A stretch of DNA of 64,000 bases, from the IMG/VR virus record IMGVR_UViG_3300030333_006551, positions 1 through 64,000 of that record; one strand, 5' to 3'. The translations under genes were made by a program, and so were the position numbers. The notes beneath the pieces are model-generated. The model was given only the letters and a program-made list of their open reading frames with translations, was not told the DNA's origin and searched no databases. Shown piece after piece: positions 21,443 through 30,795 of the stretch. The stretch is from a virus. Positions within the stretch are counted from its first letter, which is position 1. Each line of letters begins with the position of its first letter.

Positions 21443-22625
21443 AATATTTAATCCCAAAGCTAAGATATTAGCTAATGCTGATAGGGTACTTGATTTCTTC
21501 GAGCACGGTGTAGCCGCACCTATCCTGGTAGAAATTGATCCAAGTAATGCTTGCAACCATGGTTGCTATTTCTGTATCTCCTCATACATTCACCTTCCTG
21601 AATCAGTAGATTTGAAAACATTCGACAGGTCTATCATGACTAGGGATGTTCTGTTAGATGTCTGTAGAGATTTAATTGATCTGAACACTAGAGCTATCAA
21701 TTGGACAGGAGGTGGAGAGCCTACAATTAACCCTGCATTAAAAGAAGCAATCGAGTTTGTAGGTGAAACCTCAGATATTAAGATGGGAATATTTACCAAC
21801 GGAACCTTGTTGGATAAGTATGACCTTTTTGATACTTTTGTGGATCACATGACATGGGTTCGTTTTTCAGTTGATGCTGGAAGAGAAGAAACTTATAATT
21901 CGGTACGCAGAGTTAAAGGGGGACAAAACTGGAAGAAGATGCTAAGTAATCTTTCCAAACTAATTAAAACTAACAACGAAAAGGGTAAGAAGATTGATAT
22001 AGGTGTTGGTTTCGTTATCACTCCCGACACATACACAGAAATAGTAGACTTTGCTAAGGTTTTCGCTGAGTACGATGTTGATTACTGCCAATTTAAGCCT
22101 GAGATCGTTAATAGGGAACGCGAAGACGGTCAACAAAGGGAACAGGAGTTTTGGTATAATGAGGTAGAGCCTCTTCTTGAAGAAGCCAAGAGCATTCTAG
22201 GAAGTAAGTTTCAAATCAATGGGTATAAGCTTTCTGATTTAGAAGAAGATCCTGATCTTTATGGTAGAAGTTATGAAAAATGTTTGGGATCACAAATTCA
22301 GCCCTGTGTCGGAGCAGATGGTCATGTTTATGTTTGTACCAATCATAGAGGTTATGAAGAGTATAGTTATGGATCATTATATGAAAAATCTTTTCTTGAT
22401 ATCTGGGGGGATATGCAAAAGCGTCGAGAAGTTATGCATCGAATTGAAGAGGAAGAGTGTTTCTCTAATTGCACTCAATTGTGTAAACCTCATGAAAGCA
22501 ATAAAGCAATGTGGAAGTTGTACAATGAGTACAACGAAAGTGAAGATAAAGAAGTATACAAAAAGGATCTCCTTCAGTTAGGAGATATTCAGAAAAAGGA
22601 GATTACTCATCCTGAGTTTATTTAA
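21432..22625 (+). CDS. Radical SAM/SPASM-Twitch protein
   Basis: CNHGCYFC, TGGGEP, TNG, C...GADGHVYVC...YGSL..C..C. Confidence 0.9.
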   Translation: MASKIFNPKAKILANADRVLDFFEHGVAAPILVEIDPSNACNHGCYFCISSYIHLPESVDLKTFDRSIMTRDVLLDVCRDLIDLNTRAINWTGGGEPTINPALKEAIEFVGETSDIKMGIFTNGTLLDKYDLFDTFVDHMTWVRFSVDAGREETYNSVRRVKGGQNWKKMLSNLSKLIKTNNEKGKKIDIGVGFVITPDTYTEIVDFAKVFAEYDVDYCQFKPEIVNREREDGQQREQEFWYNEVEPLLEEAKSILGSKFQINGYKLSDLEEDPDLYGRSYEKCLGSQIQPCVGADGHVYVCTNHRGYEEYSYGSLYEKSFLDIWGDMQKRREVMHRIEEEECFSNCTQLCKPHESNKAMWKLYNEYNESEDKEVYKKDLLQLGDIQKKEITHPEFI

Positions 22626-22627
22626 TT

Positions 22628-23767
22628 ATGAAAAAAAGAATTGAATTTGGCGAATTAAGAATAGGCACAGAAGCAAAGATGAATCTTTTGGACTGTGTAT
22701 CCAAGGATTGGGCATCATCAGGGCCTAAAGTTAGAAAGTTTGAAGAGAAATGGGGCAAACTATTTAACTACAAGTACAACAAAGCTCTTAGCTCAGGCAC
22801 CGACGCAGTAATGAACTTAGTTAGCTCGCTGTATGAGTTTGGTGCAAAGCGAGGAGACGAGGTTATAGTTCCCGCTCTAAGTTTTATTGCAACTGCAAAT
22901 GCTGTTTCGATGGCTGGTTTTACTCCTGTTTTCGTAGATATCAAGAGAGACACTTTGAATATTGATCCTGATAAGATCGAAGCAGCCATTACACCTAAAA
23001 CCAAGGCAGTCTTAGTTGTTCACACAATGGGCGTTCCTTGTGAAATGGATAAAATTAAAGAGATAACAGATAAGCATGACCTAATGTTATTTGAAGATTG
23101 TTGTGAAGCTCACGGTGCCCAATACAATGATAACTACATTGGCACTTTTGGTGATGGGGCTGCATTTAGTTATTATGTGGCTCACTTAATTTGTTGTGGT
23201 GAGGGAGGTATGGTGTCTACCAATAATAAGGAGGTAGCTGAGGCTGTACATTCTACTCGCACTCATGGCAGAAAGAATGGGGATCTTTATTTCTCATTCG
23301 ATAGAATAGGCTACAACTCCAAGATGAATGACTTAGAAGCATCTCTAGGTTTAGAAGGAGTTGGTCAGTTTTGGCAGACATACCGAATTCGTAAGACACA
23401 TCTCTTTTATCTTCTTAAGGAAACTGCAAAATATCGTGAGTTCGCATACTTTAATGAACAGCCAGATGGCACAGATGTATGCCCTCATGGGTTTAGTGTA
23501 GTTCTAAAGGATGAAAAGTATAACATTAACCGTCTATGTGAGGTTTTAGATAATCATGATATTCATTGGAAGCGTAATTTTGGATCAACTCCAACACAAC
23601 ACAAGGCGTATGAATTTATGGGCCACAAGCTTGGAGATTTTCCTGAGTCAGAGTATGTTGGTACAAACGGAATCCATGTAGGGGTACACCAGTATCTAAG
23701 CATGGAGGATTTAGAAAGAATGGCAGCAGCCTTCTCTGAATTTTTTGAGGAATTAAATGAAGCCTGA
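22628..23767 (+). CDS. DegT/DnrJ/EryC1-family PLP-dependent sugar aminotransferase/dehydratase
   Basis: SSGTDA, GDEVIVP, FEDCCEAHGA, SYYVAHLICCGEGG; His at the usual Schiff-base Lys position suggests a ColD/E1-type dehydratase. Confidence 0.85.
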   Translation: MKKRIEFGELRIGTEAKMNLLDCVSKDWASSGPKVRKFEEKWGKLFNYKYNKALSSGTDAVMNLVSSLYEFGAKRGDEVIVPALSFIATANAVSMAGFTPVFVDIKRDTLNIDPDKIEAAITPKTKAVLVVHTMGVPCEMDKIKEITDKHDLMLFEDCCEAHGAQYNDNYIGTFGDGAAFSYYVAHLICCGEGGMVSTNNKEVAEAVHSTRTHGRKNGDLYFSFDRIGYNSKMNDLEASLGLEGVGQFWQTYRIRKTHLFYLLKETAKYREFAYFNEQPDGTDVCPHGFSVVLKDEKYNINRLCEVLDNHDIHWKRNFGSTPTQHKAYEFMGHKLGDFPESEYVGTNGIHVGVHQYLSMEDLERMAAAFSEFFEELNEA

Positions 23768-24104
23768 ATACCATAAGAAAGGATGGGGTTATGAGCTTTG
23801 GATCCATAACGATGATAAATACTGTGGAAAGCTTTTGTTTTTTGAGAAGGGTAAGAAGTGTTCATACCATTACCACAAGATAAAGGTGGAAACATTCTAT
23901 CTCCAATCAGGTAAGATGCTTATTAAGTATGGAAACATTGATGACATTGATGTTGCTTTTGAAAAGCTATTAACTCCAGGCGATGTATTCGAAATTCCCA
24001 GAGGGAGACGGCATCAGATGATTGCGTTGGAAGACAGTGAGTTATTTGAGTTCTCAACACAGCATTTTGAGGATGACAGCTATAGAGCAGTAAAAGGAGA
24101 TTAA
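23757..24104 (+). CDS. Cupin-fold sugar isomerase-like protein
   Basis: KGWGYELW, SYHYHKIKVETF, RHQM, EFST. Confidence 0.8.
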   Translation: MKPEYHKKGWGYELWIHNDDKYCGKLLFFEKGKKCSYHYHKIKVETFYLQSGKMLIKYGNIDDIDVAFEKLLTPGDVFEIPRGRRHQMIALEDSELFEFSTQHFEDDSYRAVKGD

Positions 24105-24106
24105 TT

Positions 24107-24325
24107 ATGCCCGTATACAATTGGCATTGTAAAAGATGTGACATGGTTTTTGAGATATTCCAGACTATGACTGAGAGGGACGAAGAGCCTCCTACCCATT
24201 GTCCTGAATGTGATCCTGACATACTAGAAGAGGAGGGAACTCTTCATCAGGTACATTTTAGTGGGAGTCTTCCGAAGTTTAAAATTACTGGAGAAGGGGC
24301 TTACTACCCTGATCGAATGCAATGA
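24107..24325 (+). CDS. FmdB-family zinc-ribbon protein
   Basis: MPVYNWHCKRC...CPEC...F...G.G.Y. Confidence 0.8.
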   Translation: MPVYNWHCKRCDMVFEIFQTMTERDEEPPTHCPECDPDILEEEGTLHQVHFSGSLPKFKITGEGAYYPDRMQ

Positions 24326-24663
24326 TTGATTTAGATGACCCGCCCCCGCCGTGGAGAGCGGCAATAAAAGAATCACAAAAATCACAACACCGATTTAAAA
24401 TCGGGGCAGCCATAGCAAAGGGTAACAAGGTGTTAGTTAAAGCTCATAACACCAGAAAGACGCATCCCGTGTATGGGTCTGGAGAATATAATACTCTTCA
24501 TGCTGAGAGTCATGCTATTTATAAGGCAATTAGATCTGGGATTGATCTAGTTGGGACCACTATATACATTTACAGGCACAACAACAACTTAGCCAAGCCT
24601 TGTCCGTGTTGTATGGGTTTAATTCATAAGCATGGTATTAAAAAAATAGTATATAGTGGGTAA
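24322..24663 (+). CDS. Cytidine/deoxycytidylate deaminase-fold protein
   Basis: HAE ... KPCPCC Zn motif. Confidence 0.8.
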   Translation: MIDLDDPPPPWRAAIKESQKSQHRFKIGAAIAKGNKVLVKAHNTRKTHPVYGSGEYNTLHAESHAIYKAIRSGIDLVGTTIYIYRHNNNLAKPCPCCMGLIHKHGIKKIVYSG

Positions 24664-24668
24664 TAATT

Positions 24669-25229
24669 ATGAGTAACTTTTTTGGAACGGGAGCCGCAGC
24701 AACGAGCGAGTTTTTTCCTCCTGACGATAGACTTCTCTATGGGTCTTGCTGCAAAAAAACTGATATTCGTGTTACAGCAGACACTAATCCAGATGGGGAA
24801 GGAGGAGAAGGACCAGAAGTTCATTACTCTTGGGTTGCCAGGGTGTCATGTTCTTGCTATATGGATTTTTATGTAGACACGACCATGCATCGAGTGTATC
24901 GTGACACCAAAACTTGCCCTAAAGACATAGGGAGTAGAGGTTTAAGTCGATCCACTGCTAACGAAAGTACTTTTTATTATAGAAAGACAACTTACGATCA
25001 TTGTTGCTATGGGTGTACTTCTCCTGAATTTCGTATTCTGCCTCATAACCCCAATGTTGCAGGTGAGCCTCTTCCGTCCTGTGAATGTGAAAGATTACAT
25101 GTGGCAGAAGAGGAAGGAACTGTAATAGAGCCTTGGAGAGGCTTAGATGATGTAGAAAGCACCTGTGAGTCGATAGTTGAGGGGGTTGCCTCCCGTGCTG
25201 TCGCTGGAGCATCATGTTCCGATTGTTGA
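24669..25229 (+). CDS. Cys-rich hypothetical protein (FFG-leader family)
   Basis: MSNFFGT start; 13 Cys including CxC motifs. Confidence 0.65.
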   Translation: MSNFFGTGAAATSEFFPPDDRLLYGSCCKKTDIRVTADTNPDGEGGEGPEVHYSWVARVSCSCYMDFYVDTTMHRVYRDTKTCPKDIGSRGLSRSTANESTFYYRKTTYDHCCYGCTSPEFRILPHNPNVAGEPLPSCECERLHVAEEEGTVIEPWRGLDDVESTCESIVEGVASRAVAGASCSDC

Positions 25230-25302
25230 TTGATATCCGCAAAAGTCAAATCATTTAGGTAATATACAGAGGACTAAATAAGTCAAATGTCTATAATAGT
25301 AC

Positions 25303-26289
25303 ATGGATCAAGCTGTACTTAAAAGACTAAAAAACGCTGGCTTACTGTCGGAACAAGTCCCCGATCTGGGGTTCGTATCTACTGGGAACTACGCTCTCAA
25401 TAAGATCATCTCAGGAGATTACACTAAGGGCATCCCGATTGGGATGATTACTCAATTCCATGGTGAGTCTTCTACAGCAAAGACTGTTTTTGCTACGCAC
25501 ATTTTAAAAGAAGCTCAGGTTAAGGGTTATTATTCTATCCTTGTTGATAGTGAGAATGCATACAACTCAGAGTTTGCACAAAGTTTAGGTATAGATCCTA
25601 AGAAATTAATCTACTCTGCACCAGAGACCCTAGAGGATAGTTTTCAAGTTCTTGAAGATACTATTCTGGCTATTAGGGAGACTGACCCTGATACGCCTAT
25701 TGTTGCTGCATATGATAGTATTGCTGTGTCTCCTTCTAAAGCTGAGTATGAGGCTGATAGTTATGAAGGGAATAATATGCAGGGAGCAGTAAGGGCAAAG
25801 GCTACGGGTGCTTGTCTTAGAAAGATTAACCCTTTGTTGCGTAAGCATAAGGTTGCTTTGGTTGTAATTAACCAAATTAGGAATAAAGTTGGAGTAATGT
25901 ACGGTAATCCTGAGACGATGGCAGCAGGAGGTAAGTCTTTAGAGTATTACCTAGGAGTTAATCTTAAGTGCGTGTCTAACAAGACCAGCGATCTCATAAA
26001 GGATGATAACAAGAATGTTATTGGCATTATGGGTAGAGTTAAGAACACAAAGAACAAATGCTCAATCCCATTCAAGGAGTGCGAATTTGAGCTTGTATAT
26101 GATAAGGGCTTGAACCCCTATGCAGGGTCGCTCAAGCTGCTAGAGGCTGATGGCCTCATCTCCCGTTCGGGAGCTTGGTACTCTGTAGTAGGCACAGACA
26201 AGAAATTCCAGTCTAAGGACTTTCAAGATCTGTTGCAAGCCGAAGATTCACAAGAGTTTGCGCCGATACGAAAATTATTTCAAAATTAA
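25303..26289 (+). CDS. uvsX: RecA/UvsX recombinase
   Basis: STGNYALN, GESSTAKT, DSE, YDSIA, INQIR..VGVMYGNPE..AGG, KNK. Confidence 0.9.
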   Translation: MDQAVLKRLKNAGLLSEQVPDLGFVSTGNYALNKIISGDYTKGIPIGMITQFHGESSTAKTVFATHILKEAQVKGYYSILVDSENAYNSEFAQSLGIDPKKLIYSAPETLEDSFQVLEDTILAIRETDPDTPIVAAYDSIAVSPSKAEYEADSYEGNNMQGAVRAKATGACLRKINPLLRKHKVALVVINQIRNKVGVMYGNPETMAAGGKSLEYYLGVNLKCVSNKTSDLIKDDNKNVIGIMGRVKNTKNKCSIPFKECEFELVYDKGLNPYAGSLKLLEADGLISRSGAWYSVVGTDKKFQSKDFQDLLQAEDSQEFAPIRKLFQN

Positions 26290-26290
26290 C

Positions 26291-26319
26291 TTGAAACTAC
26301 ATAGTTAATCCCCTATAAT
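26291..26319 (+). promoter_or_regulatory. Sigma70-type promoter, leaderless transcript
   Basis: TTGAAA-17 nt-TATAAT, ATG 6 nt downstream. Confidence 0.65.
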
Positions 26320-26325
26320 ATTGCG

Positions 26326-26553
26326 ATGGAAAAAAACAACACATTCGATTTCTTCACCAGCCTGATAGATCAGGCATTCAACAAGGCGTTCGGTAAGGAC
26401 GAGCTTATTGAGGAGCCTGAAACCCAAGACCTCCCTTATAGTAGCATTGAAGAGTATACCCAGCAGACGGGTAAACGATTCAGACTTACTAAAGAGGAGA
26501 AAACTTTGGGTCTGACTAGAGAAGAAGCCTTTTATTTACGATTTAAAAACTAG
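26326..26553 (+). CDS. Hypothetical protein
   Basis: ORF directly after the promoter. Confidence 0.55.
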   Translation: MEKNNTFDFFTSLIDQAFNKAFGKDELIEEPETQDLPYSSIEEYTQQTGKRFRLTKEEKTLGLTREEAFYLRFKN

Positions 26554-26564
26554 GAGATTTATTT

Positions 26565-27335
26565 ATGTACGGAGTTATTACTAAAGAAACTATGCCTTCT
26601 GTCTTTTCTACCACTAGGTCGGATCGACTTTCGGACAAATACTCATTCATTCCCACTACCCGCATCCTTGATGTTCTCTCTGAGGAAGGTTGGGTTCCTA
26701 CTTCTGCTCAACAGGTTTCCAGCCGAACAGATGAGGAGCGTCAACACGCAAAGCACCTGATTCGTCTCAGGCATGAGGATACTGCTGTTTGGGATGGTGA
26801 AGGTAAGGTTGGGGATACATTCCCTGAACTTGTGCTGTTCAACTCCCATAATGGAAGGGCTAACTATCAGCTTAGGTTCGGCCTTTACCGTATGATCTGC
26901 TCTAATGGCATGGTTGTGGGTACTGAGCATCTTGCACCTATTCGGATTCGCCACATGGGTTACTCTGACGATCAAGTTGTTGATGCGTCTAAGAAGTTCA
27001 TTGAGTCTGCCGAGCGCATTCTTGATGTGGTTGATGATTGGAAAGGTATTCAGATGGACAAGAAGCAGGTCGCTAGTTTCGGTCTTGATGCTGCAAAGTT
27101 GCGTTTCGAGAACCCTGATGAGATGACAGTTAATAGTGTTCTTCAAACGCGCAGAATGGAGGATGCTGAAGACAACCTTTGGACTGTCTTCAACAGGGCA
27201 CAGGAAAACCTGATCCGTGGAGGATTTATGGTTAATGGCGGTAGACGGTCCTCTAGGACGATTACTTCTATCGACAAAAACCTTGAGATTAATACTGAAT
27301 TGTGGGATTTAGCCTCCAATTACTCTAAAAATTGA
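26565..27335 (+). CDS. DUF932/DUF945-family protein
   Basis: SDKYSFIPT, KHLIRLR, LFNSHNG, GLYRMICSNG, LWTVFNRAQENL. Confidence 0.85.
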   Translation: MYGVITKETMPSVFSTTRSDRLSDKYSFIPTTRILDVLSEEGWVPTSAQQVSSRTDEERQHAKHLIRLRHEDTAVWDGEGKVGDTFPELVLFNSHNGRANYQLRFGLYRMICSNGMVVGTEHLAPIRIRHMGYSDDQVVDASKKFIESAERILDVVDDWKGIQMDKKQVASFGLDAAKLRFENPDEMTVNSVLQTRRMEDAEDNLWTVFNRAQENLIRGGFMVNGGRRSSRTITSIDKNLEINTELWDLASNYSKN

Positions 27336-27342
27336 AGTACCA

Positions 27343-27381
27343 ACCGTCCAAGATACCTAAATATCTTGGACGGTGTTTTTT
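27343..27381 (+). terminator. Intrinsic terminator hairpin
   Basis: ACCGTCCAAGATA-loop-TATCTTGGACGGT followed by GTTTTTT. Confidence 0.75.
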
Positions 27382-27711
27382 ATGGACAACGACTCGCAGT
27401 TTAGAAAACCAGTATTTGTTGATGTTGAGGGCCTGTATCTTACTCAGGCTCAATTACAGTTCTTCCTCAATAGAAGAAAGGGGTACGAGCATATTAAGAA
27501 AAATTCGCCACAGTTTAAGGAATACTTTTCAAAGTGTTTAATTTATAACTTTGTGTGGGATTTAATGGAGTCAGATCCTAGTGTTGCTCAATTGTGTTGG
27601 GATGTAAAATCTGAAACTGTAGTTTTAAAGTTCCCTCATAATGGTATTATTATGAGGGAATTGTCTAGGAATGATTTGTTAGGCCCCATAAATATTATCG
27701 AAGATAATTAA
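27382..27711 (+). CDS. Hypothetical protein
   Basis: ORF packed into the operon. Confidence 0.55.
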   Translation: MDNDSQFRKPVFVDVEGLYLTQAQLQFFLNRRKGYEHIKKNSPQFKEYFSKCLIYNFVWDLMESDPSVAQLCWDVKSETVVLKFPHNGIIMRELSRNDLLGPINIIEDN

Positions 27712-27712
27712 T

Positions 27713-27949
27713 ATGAATTACCTAAAGTATTTTGTTTTTTATACGCTAGAGCTTATAGGCGCAACTCTTAACTTTCTAGCCTCTATTTTTTGCCTGTATC
27801 CTAAACTAGAATTAGGTATGGCTTTTTTAATTAAAATGGAAGGAGTTAGGGTCTATAAACAGAATGTATCTCGGGCAGAAAAAAGAGAGGAGTATGCTAA
27901 TGAGGCAGAAGATCTCTTGAGAGAGGCTAAAAGGTTATCTAATGAGTAA
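27713..27949 (+). CDS. Hypothetical membrane-anchored protein
   Basis: Hydrophobic N-terminal half. Confidence 0.5.
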   Translation: MNYLKYFVFYTLELIGATLNFLASIFCLYPKLELGMAFLIKMEGVRVYKQNVSRAEKREEYANEAEDLLREAKRLSNE

Positions 27950-28136
27950 ATCATATAAATTCAGAGGAGAGGTCAATCATTCCTTTTCTAAGAAAAAGAA
28001 AAAAGTAAATGTAAAAGAAAGAGTGGAAGATGTTACAAAAAAAGAGAACAATAACAGCGATCTAGACGATTTTGATCGTTATTCAGAATGGGAAGATGAT
28101 GGAGATTTTGAAAAGTTCACAAGAAAAAAGTGGTAG
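27942..28136 (+). CDS. Small hypothetical protein
   Basis: Overlapping-start coupling. Confidence 0.45.
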   Translation: MSKSYKFRGEVNHSFSKKKKKVNVKERVEDVTKKENNNSDLDDFDRYSEWEDDGDFEKFTRKKW

Positions 28137-28237
28137 TCCAGAGTTTACTTTGGACTGGTTTAAGTTATTTCCTTGGGAGGTAACTAATAAAGATTTCGAA
28201 GAAATTTTAACATATTATGTAGATAAAAGGATAAAGG

Positions 28238-28573
28238 ATGCCAAAAGAGTATCAGCTAAAGCGCGGAGTTCTAGACGCAAATAGACTACAAAAACACGCT
28301 AAAAAGATTATTGATGACGCTACTGAGGATAGAACATTAGCCTTAGAAGCGTACCGCTATTTTAAAGAGATGGTGGATGAAAACCCACAAGATTCTGTTG
28401 CAAAATCACAGATGGTGGATTGTTTAAAACTGGCACAAACCTCAAAAGCAAATATTGTTAAAGTTATGGATTTGGTTGTTAAGATAGACTCAATGAAAGA
28501 GAAGGAACAAGGGTCAAAAACTTCCATGGCTAATGTGTTTAGTCACTTAGAAAACTTATCAAAAAATGACTGA
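28238..28573 (+). CDS. Hypothetical helical protein
   Basis: Coupled to the downstream ATPase gene. Confidence 0.55.
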   Translation: MPKEYQLKRGVLDANRLQKHAKKIIDDATEDRTLALEAYRYFKEMVDENPQDSVAKSQMVDCLKLAQTSKANIVKVMDLVVKIDSMKEKEQGSKTSMANVFSHLENLSKND

Positions 28574-29891
28574 TAGTTATAAAATTTACTGCAAAGAATT
28601 AGACGAGATTGTTTCTGTTAAGATCTTAGCCCCTGAAGAGGAGATTCTTTTATACGAGGAAACGAAACAAAAGTTCCTATCTAGCCCCAACTCCATAAAA
28701 GTTATGGATTACAAAAAATCCATAGTAGATCTGTTCATGTTAGATTTAGAGACTTTTTATATTGGGGAAGATGATTATAAGAAGGCTGGGGTGTATGAAG
28801 ACCTTATTTCCGCTCTATATACAACTATAGTGGAGGCTTATCCTCATTTCGAGTTTGAGTTCATCTGTTTCGACATTAATGCCAATTTTGCTATCAATAA
28901 CGCAAATGAGTTATTTAAAAAATATATAGGAAAAACACATATTGACCAGCGACCACAAGTGGGAAACGAAAAAACATACCCTTTATCAACTCTGTCCGAC
29001 ATTCAAAGGATAGAAAAGCACCTAATAAGCTCTGTTATTGGGCAGGAAGAGGCTATAGAAGGTATTATGAGTTCGCTTAAGTTGTTGGCTACGGGTTTGG
29101 ATACTTTTAGTTCTTACTTTTTTATCGGACCTACAGGTGTCGGCAAAACCAAATTAGCTAAAGCGTTGGGTGAGAAGTATAGTGGTAACTTTTACAAGAT
29201 TAACTGTGGGGAGTTCGCTTCTTCACATGATTACGCTAAGTTAATTGGGGCTCCTCCAGGTTATGTTGGTCATACAGAGACTAGTATTTTAGCTGAAAAA
29301 GCTGATGTATCGAACAAGTGGATCTTCCTCTTTGATGAGATAGAGAAAGCACATCCCAAATTTTATGATTTCTTATTGTCCCTTTTGGATGATGGTACTG
29401 TAACGGATAATATGGGAAAGGTGCTTGATTTTTCTAAGTCTATTTTTATCTTTACATCCAACCAAGGCTTGAATGATACTAAGATAAATAAAATGCTTGT
29501 AGGCTTTGATAAGTCGCCTGTAGACTATGAACAGAGCAAGGATCAAGTATTAGAGTCCGTTAAGAAGAATTTTAATCCAGAATTCTTAAACCGTATTGAC
29601 CATTTCATTTTCTTTAACCAATTGTCGCAAGATAACTTACGAGAAATAGCCAAAATGGAGCTTAAAGACATCCCAATTCGGAAAACTAAATCTCTTCTTG
29701 ACTATATAATTACGAATGGATATTCAAAAGAATATGGAGCGAGAAATATAAATAGATTTATTCGTAACAATGTTTCTGTTAAGGTAGCAGATGCTATTCT
29801 AGAGAAGAGGGTCCCTGAAAAGGATGGGAATCTTTATTCATCAAAGATCGTGGATAACGAACTTATTATCATAAAAACTAAGGAATTTTAA
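28566..29891 (+). CDS. ClpA/ClpB-family AAA+ ATPase (single D2-type module)
   Basis: VIGQEEA, GPTGVGKT, KLIGAPPGYVG, FDEIEKAHP, FTSN, PEFLNRID, YGARNI. Confidence 0.9.
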   Translation: MTDSYKIYCKELDEIVSVKILAPEEEILLYEETKQKFLSSPNSIKVMDYKKSIVDLFMLDLETFYIGEDDYKKAGVYEDLISALYTTIVEAYPHFEFEFICFDINANFAINNANELFKKYIGKTHIDQRPQVGNEKTYPLSTLSDIQRIEKHLISSVIGQEEAIEGIMSSLKLLATGLDTFSSYFFIGPTGVGKTKLAKALGEKYSGNFYKINCGEFASSHDYAKLIGAPPGYVGHTETSILAEKADVSNKWIFLFDEIEKAHPKFYDFLLSLLDDGTVTDNMGKVLDFSKSIFIFTSNQGLNDTKINKMLVGFDKSPVDYEQSKDQVLESVKKNFNPEFLNRIDHFIFFNQLSQDNLREIAKMELKDIPIRKTKSLLDYIITNGYSKEYGARNINRFIRNNVSVKVADAILEKRVPEKDGNLYSSKIVDNELIIIKTKEF

Positions 29892-29892
29892 A

Positions 29893-30051
29893 ATGGGTGG
29901 AAGATCAAGAAGATTAAGAAACGCAGCAAGGAAAGCAGGAAAGCCTGTAGCTAAAGGCCGAGCCATGATAGAGGTTGGCGTTGCTGATGCTCCTGTAGTC
30001 GCTAAGGCAAAGAAAGCTACCAAAAAGAAGAAAGCTACCAAAAAGAGCTAG
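29893..30051 (+). CDS. 52-aa Lys/Ala/Arg-rich basic peptide
   Basis: Hand translation MGGRSRRLRNAARKAGK...AKAKKATKKKKATKKS; AGGA RBS. Confidence 0.55.
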   Translation: MGGRSRRLRNAARKAGKPVAKGRAMIEVGVADAPVVAKAKKATKKKKATKKS

Positions 30052-30188
30052 TTTCTTTATTACTTTTCGGGGTATAGGCATATAATATCTTGCACGGGGC
30101 AACTCAGCCTTGGCAATCGTTCTTTAACATTAAGAAGAGGGAGTGCTTCAATGATCTTGCATACAACCAGCACTCCCTCTTCTACTTC

Positions 30189-30266
30189 GGGCAAGTAGCT
30201 CAGACAGGTTAGAGCGCGGTTCTTATAAAGCTGAGGTCGCTGGTTCAAGTCCAGCCTTGCCTACCA
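30189..30266 (+). tRNA. tRNA-Ile(UAU)
   Basis: Cloverleaf: GGGCAAG/CTTGCCT, anticodon loop CT-TAT-AA, GGTTCAAGTCC, encoded CCA. Confidence 0.88.
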
Positions 30267-30409
30267 GATACGCTAAGATTAGCTGATCGTGAGAGAGGCT
30301 GTCAGAACCGAAATCTTAGCAGGGAGGGGCTACGCGGGGTCTTTCGGGACTCTGCGCCCCTCCATTTTATTTCATAGAAAAAAATAACTAAAACGAAGTA
30401 AGGAAGGAA

Positions 30410-30485
30410 TCCCCGATAGCTCAGTTGGTAGAGCATTTGGCTGTTAACCAAAGGGTCCTAGGTTCGAGTCCTAGTCGGGGAGCCA
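30410..30485 (+). tRNA. tRNA-Asn(GUU)
   Basis: TCCCCGA/TCGGGGA, loop CT-GTT-AA, G73, CCA. Confidence 0.95.
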
Positions 30486-30493
30486 AATTAATT

Positions 30494-30748
30494 ATGTATG
30501 AGTGGAAAATCAGAGTCGCTAAAAGTTTGCGTGAGTTAGAAAAACTGGTAGAAGAGGTTCAATCCGAAGGATGGACTATTGAGAAGATTGATGTAAAAAG
30601 TGTTTGCGTAGTAGCTTACAGAACTAAGAGATGTAAAAATAAGCTATTATTGGAGCAACAGGATGAAGGATACATTGATCCTGCCGATAAAACATACCCT
30701 GCTGGGTTTGAGTGGGATCGTGGGGATTACGGGCAACAAAGTCTATAG
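30494..30748 (+). CDS. Hypothetical protein
   Basis: ORF MYEWKIRV between tRNAs; the longer start in the track overlaps tRNA-Asn. Confidence 0.5.
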   Translation: MYEWKIRVAKSLRELEKLVEEVQSEGWTIEKIDVKSVCVVAYRTKRCKNKLLLEQQDEGYIDPADKTYPAGFEWDRGDYGQQSL

Positions 30749-30795
30749 TGCATAGTTACATTTTTAGAAATAGAAAAAGACTAGGTGCTATCTAT

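Noticed and set aside
30272-30320. Hammerhead ribozyme (CTGA...GAAA)
   Set aside because: The CUGAnGA core is incomplete and CTGA appears paired with TCAG; no three-stem junction
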